DNA from: a virus
Strand: one strand, 5' to 3'
IMG/VR virus record: IMGVR_UViG_3300048999_000191
Length of the DNA stretch: 64,000 bases
In this document: piece by piece, positions 54,574 to 61,670 of the stretch
Layout of the letters: every line of letters starts with the position of its first letter
Numbering within the stretch: the first letter of the stretch is position 1
Translations under genes and position numbers: made by a program
Notes under the pieces: generated by a model
The model's database searches: none
Seen by the model: only the letters and a program-made list of their open reading frames with translations
What the model was told of the DNA's origin: nothing

Positions 54574-55633
54574 CTCGTCGGGACTCCTTGGCGTAGCCGG
54601 TGCCCGGCCCGGCATGTTCCATCTCCGGCAGGTGCTGCTTCCGGAAGTCCTGCCAGCCCTTCTCGGCGTTCTGCCGGGAGCGCTCGCGACCCTTGTTCAG
54701 CCGGTCGACGTTCGAGTCCGATCCGGCGGCGGCCTTCTCGCCCTCCTGGTTCAGTCGCTGGCGGACCAGCCAGGTGGTGGCCTGCACCGCGTGCCCGGGG
54801 ATGTGCTCGCCCTCCTTCTGAGAGATCCGCTTGCCCGCCTCGTGATAGGCGTTCACCACGTGGTCGTAGCCCGCCGAGCGCGGAATGGTGCCGTCCTTGC
54901 GCTTGGACGCGGCCGCCACCGGCGCCGAGCCGTAGTCGTCGTTCGAGAGCCGCTTGCCGGTGGCCACGCCCAGGGCGTGCCGGTCGATGACCACGTGCGA
55001 CTGGTGCTCGGGGTGGCCCTCGGGATGTTCGTCCCCGCCATGCTCGATCAGGTGGCCGAAGTCGCGGATCTTCGGACCGCTCACGGCCTCGTGCATGTGC
55101 CCGCCCGCGAGCACCTTGTCCGCCGAGGCCGCCTGGCTCTTCGAGGCGAACATGCCCGAGCCCGGCCCGCCGATGCCCTTGCCCTCGTGCAGCACGCGAG
55201 CGGCGTTGTGCATGTTGCCCGCCCAGCCCTGCTGCGGGCTGTAGATCGCCAGCATCGAGGCGCCCAGGTGCGCGTCGCCGTTCGGGTGCCGCAGGTCGTT
55301 CGGCTCCTTCGGCGGTTCCTCGTTGAACGGCTTGCCCGCCTGCAAGGCGTAGGACTTGCGACGCTCGTGATCGGAGAGCTTCAGCAAGTGGTCCGCGTGA
55401 TCCTGGAGCTTCTCCGGCCGGACCGGCGCGAGCTTGGCGATCGACTTGGCCACCAGGTGCGCGTCCGGGTACCAGCGCTTGCCCTGGGCCTTCTCGTCGT
55501 CGGTGGCCTGGTTCCAGTGGTCCACGATGTGGTCGGAGTGGACCGGGTTCGCCTGGAACCATGGGTGCTCGCTCGGGTGGCTGTAGCGAGCCGCCTCGCG
55601 CACGATGAACTCCGAGAGCAGCGGGCCGGTCAT
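54545..55633 (-). CDS. Hypothetical protein, possibly HhH-glycosylase-like
   Basis: GKRWY, YSPQ, SGPKI, VVIDRHA, VQATTW; ATGA start at 55633. Confidence 0.55.
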   Translation of the reverse strand: MTGPLLSEFIVREAARYSHPSEHPWFQANPVHSDHIVDHWNQATDDEKAQGKRWYPDAHLVAKSIAKLAPVRPEKLQDHADHLLKLSDHERRKSYALQAGKPFNEEPPKEPNDLRHPNGDAHLGASMLAIYSPQQGWAGNMHNAARVLHEGKGIGGPGSGMFASKSQAASADKVLAGGHMHEAVSGPKIRDFGHLIEHGGDEHPEGHPEHQSHVVIDRHALGVATGKRLSNDDYGSAPVAAASKRKDGTIPRSAGYDHVVNAYHEAGKRISQKEGEHIPGHAVQATTWLVRQRLNQEGEKAAAGSDSNVDRLNKGRERSRQNAEKGWQDFRKQHLPEMEHAGPGTGYAKESRRGGASFRAAP

Positions 55634-56412
55634 GCGCGGGTCCTTTCGTACCACTCGGCGAAGCGCGGGCCGAGGTCTTCAACGGGGGTGAACCGGCTCG
55701 GCGCGCGGCGCGAAGCCGTCCGCTGGAGTCCGGCGGTGAGATGCTCCAGGCCGGGCCCGGCGACGGGCGCGGAGGTGAACATGGCGGTGGGGTCGGCGGG
55801 GTCTTCGACGAGCAGACTGTTCTCGAAGAACCGCAGGCCGAAGCACTGCTCGAAGACGAACTTGCCCGGCCCGCCGGAGGCGAAGTACTTCTTGCCCTTC
55901 ATCCCCGGGATGTGCTGGCAGTAGCTGAAGGTGTCCTTGGCCTTGTTTCCGCAGGCCGAGCAGACCGAGTAGTCGACGTCGACTCCCATCGAGGTCTTGT
56001 CGATCCGCTTGAGCAGGACGGCGCGCGCCAGCCGGGGGAAGGTCTGGGCGTCGATCTCGTGCAGCCCCTCGACCCAGATGTCCGGGCTGCCGTCCGGCTG
56101 GCTGTGCTGGTGCAGCGCGGCGTCCACGATCACGCCCCGCGCGCGGCGATGGTTCTCGTTGTGGTGGTTGACGAAGGCGGGCTTGCCGAAGAAGGTCTTC
56201 CAGCCATAGCCGGGCTTCTCCGAGGCGATCTCCTCGGCCGGGAAGCCGTCCCAGTTGTCGTTCACCCGGTTCGAGATCATCCGAGATCGGGCGTAGATCA
56301 TCCCGCGCCGGGGCTCGTACTGGAACTCGTGCCGCGCCGCGTTGCGGATCAGCCCCCGCCGGGGATGCTCCATCGCGTCGATGATCTGGGCGATCGCCCG
56401 CTTTTTCAGCAC
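55630..56412 (-). CDS. Prohead protease-like protein
   Basis: NDNWDGFP, GKPAFVNH, TSMG, CSACG..C.H, FFENSLLVEDPADPTA. Confidence 0.65.
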   Translation of the reverse strand: MLKKRAIAQIIDAMEHPRRGLIRNAARHEFQYEPRRGMIYARSRMISNRVNDNWDGFPAEEIASEKPGYGWKTFFGKPAFVNHHNENHRRARGVIVDAALHQHSQPDGSPDIWVEGLHEIDAQTFPRLARAVLLKRIDKTSMGVDVDYSVCSACGNKAKDTFSYCQHIPGMKGKKYFASGGPGKFVFEQCFGLRFFENSLLVEDPADPTAMFTSAPVAGPGLEHLTAGLQRTASRRAPSRFTPVEDLGPRFAEWYERTRA

Positions 56413-56439
56413 ACCCGCTCACCTCGTTCCTGCTCGCCC

Positions 56440-56469
56440 ATTGGGCGGCGCGAGGTGAGTGGGTGACAG
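56440..56469 (-). promoter_or_regulatory. Putative late promoter motif
   Basis: CTGTC-N20-CCAAT-GGGC-GA. Confidence 0.6.
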
Positions 56470-56470
56470 C

Positions 56471-57388
56471 TCAGCGACCGCCGAGCAGGCCTGCCGAGGT
56501 GGTCTGGGTGACCGTGGTCGTTTCTGGCGGCGGCGCCGAAGTCTGGTCGCAGGTGTACTGCGGGGCCTGCGGGTCGAAGTCGTGCGTGCGGGTGCAGTTC
56601 ATCGTGCTGCCGTCGGCGAAGTGCTCCACCCAACTCAGGGGTGGCTGGCCGTCACTGCCTTTTGGGAGCGGTCCCACGTCCTGCGTGGTGCCGTCGGTGT
56701 AGGTCACCACCAAGTCACCGTTCACCTGGGCGGTGCTGGCGATCCCCCGGCCCGGCTTGCCGGTCTCGCCCACCTTGCCCTCGGCGCCGTCCTTGCCGAC
56801 CACCTGGCCGACATCCTCGGTGGTGGCGTCGGAGTAGATCAGCGTCAGGTGGCCGTTCGTGATCGTCGAGCCGGTGATCCCGCGCCCGGCCGCGCCGGTC
56901 TCGCCCTTGATGACGCCCTTGTCCTCGGTGACACCGTCGGAATAGGTCACCCGGAAGTGGCCGTCCACGATCGAAGTGGAGGCGATCCCCCGGCCGTTCT
57001 GGCCCGAGACGCCTTGGGCACCCTGCTGCGGCGGGGGAGCGGCGGCCACGGCGGCGGCCTTGAGCTGGCGGGCCAGCTCGCACACCCCGCTCTCGGCCAT
57101 CTTCTTGGCTGCATCGTCGCCGCGCAGGCACAGCGCCAGCGTGCTGTCCGCCGAGTTGTTCGCCACGGGGCTGATCGCTCCCAACTGGCTGACGGCGTGG
57201 TCCTTCGCCTGGGTCACCGCGTCGACCTTGGCCGTGGGGATGGCGAAGGCGGCGGCGAAGATCGCTACACCGAGGCCCGCCATGCCCAGACGACTCAGGA
57301 AGCTGTTCCGGCGATCGCGGGAGCGCTGGCGTTTGTGCTCGTTGACGAGCAGATTCGCCTGAGGCGTCAACGTCGGATCAATGGACAT
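56471..57388 (-). CDS. Membrane-anchored protein with collagen-like and GRGI...TY.D..T.D.G repeats
   Basis: N-terminal TM helix; three repeats separated by G-x-y triplets. Confidence 0.7.
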   Translation of the reverse strand: MSIDPTLTPQANLLVNEHKRQRSRDRRNSFLSRLGMAGLGVAIFAAAFAIPTAKVDAVTQAKDHAVSQLGAISPVANNSADSTLALCLRGDDAAKKMAESGVCELARQLKAAAVAAAPPPQQGAQGVSGQNGRGIASTSIVDGHFRVTYSDGVTEDKGVIKGETGAAGRGITGSTITNGHLTLIYSDATTEDVGQVVGKDGAEGKVGETGKPGRGIASTAQVNGDLVVTYTDGTTQDVGPLPKGSDGQPPLSWVEHFADGSTMNCTRTHDFDPQAPQYTCDQTSAPPPETTTVTQTTSAGLLGGR

Positions 57389-57677
57389 GGCCAGTCCCCT
57401 CACCGGGCACCGGGATATCGTTCTGGATCAGCGCTCGCCGGTATCGAGCCGCCTCATCCTCGGCTTGATGCATCTTCTTGCGGTAGTCCTCGGTCTCCAT
57501 CTCAGCCTCATCGGCGCGTTCGCGGGCCTTGCGGTTCTCGGCCTCCAGACGGGTGATAACAGAGTCTTCCGACTCTATTTTTCCTCTGCGGCGGCCGTCT
57601 ATCACCCTAGCCAGCGTGGCAATGAGAGTGGCCAGGCCGCCGCCGAAGACGGCGCCCAAGATCAGTTCAAGACTCAC
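57378..57677 (-). CDS. Single-TM coiled-coil protein
   Basis: Hydrophobic N-terminus followed by a charged helix. Confidence 0.65.
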   Translation of the reverse strand: MSLELILGAVFGGGLATLIATLARVIDGRRRGKIESEDSVITRLEAENRKARERADEAEMETEDYRKKMHQAEDEAARYRRALIQNDIPVPGEGTGHVH

Positions 57678-58099
57678 TTCTCGTCACCTCGCACACGGGG
57701 TGCGTGGTGGAAGATCGTCCACAGCTCGGCGTAGCGCCGGACCAGCAGCAGGCACAGGGCGAGCGTGCTGAAGAGGACGTAGACCAGCCCCGGGATCTCG
57801 GCCAGCCGGTGGTCGGAAATGAGGGTCACTCCGCGAGCGAACAAGATCACTGTGTACGCGGCGTAACCAGTGAGCAGCAGGGTAATGGCCGCCAGCTCGA
57901 AGCCGAGGTTTCGCAGGGATGCACCCAGGACACCCACGAGGCCTCCCACGGTCAGCGACGCGGCCCACACGTAGATGTAGATCTTCCAGCTGACCAGCGC
58001 GAAGCTGGCCAGCGGGACGAAGAACGACATGACGGCCGAGACGCTCATGAACAGGTAGGCGAGGAGGTGCAGCCATCGCGGAAGCGGACGCATCGGCAC
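57674..58099 (-). CDS. 4-TM membrane protein (holin-like)
   Basis: Four hydrophobic segments. Confidence 0.65.
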   Translation of the reverse strand: MPMRPLPRWLHLLAYLFMSVSAVMSFFVPLASFALVSWKIYIYVWAASLTVGGLVGVLGASLRNLGFELAAITLLLTGYAAYTVILFARGVTLISDHRLAEIPGLVYVLFSTLALCLLLVRRYAELWTIFHHAPRVRGDEK

Positions 58100-58159
58100 G
58101 GCTCAATCTCCTCGTCACCTGACGGACGTGCAGTTACAGGGGTCAGGACCCGTCCGGCG

Positions 58160-58318
58160 CTACTTCAGCGCCAGCACGAGCACGGCCACGAAGCCGCAGA
58201 GGGCTGCCAGATGGAACAGCAGCGGACTGCGGTAGCTCGGGACCGTGGCCCACAGGATGGTGTGCAGCGCGGTACCGGCGACGGCGAGGATGGCCAAGAC
58301 CAAAACGAGCAGCTCCAC
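58160..58318 (-). CDS. Small 2-TM membrane protein (52 aa)
   Basis: Below ORF-track cutoff; AAAGGAGGT RBS, GTG start, MELLVLVLAILAVAG...VAVLVLALK. Confidence 0.7.
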   Translation of the reverse strand: MELLVLVLAILAVAGTALHTILWATVPSYRSPLLFHLAALCGFVAVLVLALK

Positions 58319-58338
58319 GATTACCTCCTTTGTCGCAA

Positions 58339-58367
58339 ATTGGCACCAGAATCAGGGCTACGGACAG
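58339..58367 (-). promoter_or_regulatory. Putative late promoter motif
   Basis: CTGTC-N19-CCAAT-TTGC-GA. Confidence 0.65.
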
Positions 58368-58383
58368 GCATCCGTAGCCCTGA
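58352..58383 (-). terminator. Hairpin overlapping the promoter motif
   Basis: tcagggctacgga / tccgtagccctga stem. Confidence 0.65.
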
Positions 58384-58395
58384 ATGATCAGGTGA

Positions 58396-58815
58396 TTACG
58401 CCCCCTGCGACCGGAGGATGAGCCCCTTGAGCGCGGTCTGGATCTCGTCCTGGCTGAGCTGGTAGCTCTCGTCCTCGATGATCTTCCGCACCAGCGCGAG
58501 GAAGTCGCGAGCACTGCCCGGAACGCCCCACTCGGGATCGGCCTCATGCTCGTCGATGACCGTCTGTACCTGCTCCTTGTCGACGTCCCCAGGTACTAGC
58601 CACAGCGTGCTGACCGTGTCTCCGGGCGCCTGCGAGGTGGAGAGCTGGACCGGGACGTCCAGCGCCTTCTCCAGCTCGCTGTGTAGCTGAGCCTGGTTCA
58701 GCGGCTTGTCCACGTCGAAGACGGCCGGGTCCTGGTCCGGGAACGGCGACCAGGGAGTCTCCTCGGCGGCGGGCTGCTCCTGCGGGACTTCCTCGACGGG
58801 GGCGACGTCGGTCAT
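58396..58815 (-). CDS. Acidic hypothetical protein
   Basis: AAGGAG RBS before ATG 58815. Confidence 0.65.
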   Translation of the reverse strand: MTDVAPVEEVPQEQPAAEETPWSPFPDQDPAVFDVDKPLNQAQLHSELEKALDVPVQLSTSQAPGDTVSTLWLVPGDVDKEQVQTVIDEHEADPEWGVPGSARDFLALVRKIIEDESYQLSQDEIQTALKGLILRSQGA

Positions 58816-58829
58816 GGGGCTCTCCTTGA

Positions 58830-61670
58830 TCAGCTGAAGATGTCGGACGGATCGGCGTCCTGGTGGGCAAGGGCTGCTTCCAGCAGCTCGTAGTGGGTCC
58901 CCTCGATCTTGAGGTCCCCGAGGTTGCGCGCCTTGCGGCCGTCGTTCCCCTCGTTGATCAGCGCCTGTTGCTCGGCGAAGTCGAACTTGGCCGCCGCCTC
59001 CTTCGCGAGGTGGGCCTTCGCGGCCGCCGCGATGTCGTCGTCGGCTTTGCTCGCGCCCGCCGCCAGCTCCTGCCCGGCCGCCGTGCGCTGGAAGGCGGCG
59101 ATCACGTCGGCCACCTCCTGGCTCTCCGGCACCGCGCTGGCGTGGTAACTGTTCGGCAGCGAACTGCCGCCGTCGAGCAGGTGGATGTTCGCGTCCTGGT
59201 CCGGCGCCACCTGTGCGGGCGGGTTGTCCGGGATGGGGTCCAGGTCGGCCGGGGTCGCCTCCATCGGGCGCATGGTCGCGTCCTCGTCGCCGTAGGTCGT
59301 CGGCAGAGCGGGCTCGGGTTCGTTGTGCAGCACCGCGTCGAAGCCCAGCGACGGAGTCAGCGGCTCGGGGTTCGCGTCCAGGTTGTTCCAGTTGTCCGGA
59401 TCCTCCCCGGCGGCCCAACCGGTACTGGCCGGGTTGGTGGTGTTCGAGTGCGCGGGCTCGCTCGTACCGCGCCCCGGCTGCGGGTTGGTGTTCGAGATCG
59501 GGTCCCAGGCGCTGGCCTGCTTCGGCGCGTCCAGCGAAGCCTTGGTGATCTCGTTCCACGGCGTATGCGCCTTGACCTCGGGCCGGAGCGCCGGATTCTT
59601 CTTCGCGTGCTCGACCTCCCACCAGGCAGCCTGCTCGTGGCAGTCGCCCTTGGGGTCGTCCGGGTTAGGCACCACTCGGCCGTCCTTCATGGACAGGTCC
59701 TTTTCGGACGGGATCACCACGACGTGTCCCTGGTACACCCCGTTCGGAGAGGTCCAGGTGTGCTTGACCACGCCGTGCAGCGGGAACTCCTGGCCGATCT
59801 CTTCCTCAAATTCCCTGATCCCCGCGTGCAGGCTGGTGCGGTCGCCGTCCTCGTGGTGGCCTCCGGGTAGCTCCCAAAGACCTCGTGCCGGATCTTTCTC
59901 GTCGTCGAGCCCGCGCTGGAGCATCAGCACGCGGCCGGTGTCGTGTGCCTTCAGGGCGATGCCGGAGACCTTCGGGCCGGGCGGGTTGCTCTTGGCGGCC
60001 TCGTGGTGGTGTTCGTGGCCCTCGCCGCCCAGCGGCGCCCCGCAGTGCGGACAGCGGTGGTGCTCGACGGCCTCTACGCCGATGAAGCCCCCGCAGTGCG
60101 GGCAGCGGCGCTCGCCGTCGTCTTCGTGGTGCTCGGCGGTCTTCCACAGCAGTACAGCCGTACGGTGACGCACTCCGGCGCGCACCAGGTTGCCGACGAC
60201 CTCGGCCGGGTCGGCGTCCTCGTCGCGCAGCCGGGCGACCAGCGACCCGATCAGCGAGCCCTCGTAGGGCCGGGCAAAGACATGGGCGCCCTCGTCCGGG
60301 TCGTACCGGACGATCGATCGCTCGCGCGAGGTCGGCTCGGCGGGGTGGATCTCCTTGCCGAACATGCCCTGGCTCTGGGCCTCGAACTGGAGCGCCAGCG
60401 CGTGCGAGCACTTGCGGCCCTCGAACCGCTGGAAGCCGGGGCTGCGTTCGAAGGCGTAGGCCGCCCACTTGCAGCCGCAGGTCCAGTCGGCCACCTTGTG
60501 CGTGCCCGGCCGGTAGACCAGCAGTGCCTCGTAGGTGCCGTGGTCGCCCTTGACGTGGCCGCCGACGCCGTCGTTCGAGGCGATGACGATCGTCACCCCG
60601 CCCTCGGCGCGGATCCGCTTCGCCTTGCGTTGGACGTCGGCCCAGCTGGCCGTCACGTGGAAGCCAAACTCGCGATCACGCGCGGCCGTGCGCAGCATGG
60701 TCGCCGCCTCCGGGGTCAGCCTGCCTCGGAAAGCTCCTCCAGTTGGGCTTCGATCTTCTCGATGGCCCGCTCCACCTCCGGAGTTGACTCCTTCTGGTGC
60801 AGCTCGGCCAGCAGAGCTTCCAGCTTCTCCCGCGTGGGCGCCTCGATCGTCATCGGGTTCTCCGTCCAGGTGTCGCCCGACTACCCGAGCAGCGTCGCTC
60901 GGCTCGGGGTGATGATGATGCTGGGCATACAGTTCGCCGATCAGTTCCGACGCGCTCGTTGCGGCATAGGGCCCGACGTGGTTGATGAAGTGCTCGCGGT
61001 TGTCCAGCATCCAGCGGTACTTGCTGGACCCGTGCTTATACGGGGTCGTTCCGGGAATCGTCTTCGCGATCCTGTTGAGCAGGTGCGAGCGCTCCTCGTT
61101 GCCGCCGTCCTCGTCGTCGGCAGGGACTTCGTGCTTGCTGAAGTCCAGTGCGTGCCCACTTTCGTGGGTCAAGACGTGACTTTTCAACGGCGTGCTCCCG
61201 TGCTTGGAGAGGTATCCCTTGGAGATCACGACTCCGGGGATTTTCGGATCGTGCTCCATGCTCCGCGCCAAGCCACGGTGGACGCCGATCCTGTTCCGTT
61301 CCGGCGAAAAATACGCGACGGTGTTGTCCTCCATCGCCCCGTCATGTTTCGGGCTGGAGATGCTGACATTCGGCCTTTTCCCGGCGGGCAGATAAACCAG
61401 GTGCCGGGACAGTTGCGCGGCAATGGGAGCCTTGACCTCGGGCTCCTCCGTGAGGTGGGTGTTCACCTCGAACTTCGGGACGCCGTGCTCTTGGTGGTGT
61501 ACGGCCAGTGGGTGATGCCCCTCGCCGTACGCCTCGTCTTCGGGCCCCGGGTCGTCCTTCAGGTACTGGTAGTGCTGCGTGAGTTTGGTCGTGCGCTCTT
61601 CGTGCGTGTCGTGCGGGTGCAGCAGAGGCAATCCGGATTCGGGAGTCAGCTTCTGAATCATCACGCCCAC
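58830..61670 (-). CDS. Polyvalent protein: zincin peptidase + SWIM Zn finger + Zn ribbon + Nudix hydrolase
   Basis: HESGH...[12 protein letters not shown]; WTCGCKW...CSH; CPHC x2; WELPGG...REFEEEIG. Confidence 0.75.
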   Translation of the reverse strand: MGVMIQKLTPESGLPLLHPHDTHEERTTKLTQHYQYLKDDPGPEDEAYGEGHHPLAVHHQEHGVPKFEVNTHLTEEPEVKAPIAAQLSRHLVYLPAGKRPNVSISSPKHDGAMEDNTVAYFSPERNRIGVHRGLARSMEHDPKIPGVVISKGYLSKHGSTPLKSHVLTHESGHALDFSKHEVPADDEDGGNEERSHLLNRIAKTIPGTTPYKHGSSKYRWMLDNREHFINHVGPYAATSASELIGELYAQHHHHPEPSDAARVVGRHLDGEPDDDRGAHAGEAGSSAGRAAPEGVNSGGGAGHREDRSPTGGAFRGRLTPEAATMLRTAARDREFGFHVTASWADVQRKAKRIRAEGGVTIVIASNDGVGGHVKGDHGTYEALLVYRPGTHKVADWTCGCKWAAYAFERSPGFQRFEGRKCSHALALQFEAQSQGMFGKEIHPAEPTSRERSIVRYDPDEGAHVFARPYEGSLIGSLVARLRDEDADPAEVVGNLVRAGVRHRTAVLLWKTAEHHEDDGERRCPHCGGFIGVEAVEHHRCPHCGAPLGGEGHEHHHEAAKSNPPGPKVSGIALKAHDTGRVLMLQRGLDDEKDPARGLWELPGGHHEDGDRTSLHAGIREFEEEIGQEFPLHGVVKHTWTSPNGVYQGHVVVIPSEKDLSMKDGRVVPNPDDPKGDCHEQAAWWEVEHAKKNPALRPEVKAHTPWNEITKASLDAPKQASAWDPISNTNPQPGRGTSEPAHSNTTNPASTGWAAGEDPDNWNNLDANPEPLTPSLGFDAVLHNEPEPALPTTYGDEDATMRPMEATPADLDPIPDNPPAQVAPDQDANIHLLDGGSSLPNSYHASAVPESQEVADVIAAFQRTAAGQELAAGASKADDDIAAAAKAHLAKEAAAKFDFAEQQALINEGNDGRKARNLGDLKIEGTHYELLEAALAHQDADPSDIFS
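60716..60853 (-). CDS. Nested 45-aa helical ORF in an alternative frame
   Basis: [45 protein letters not shown]; GGAG RBS; GC3-typical codons. Confidence 0.5.
   Translation of the reverse strand: MTIEAPTREKLEALLAELHQKESTPEVERAIEKIEAQLEELSEAG

Noticed and set aside
53842-56412. Frameshifted single gene or pseudogene covering protease, 54545 ORF and Zn-ribbon
   Set aside because: Junctions show ordinary ATGA or short overlaps with plausible starts; no slippery site seen
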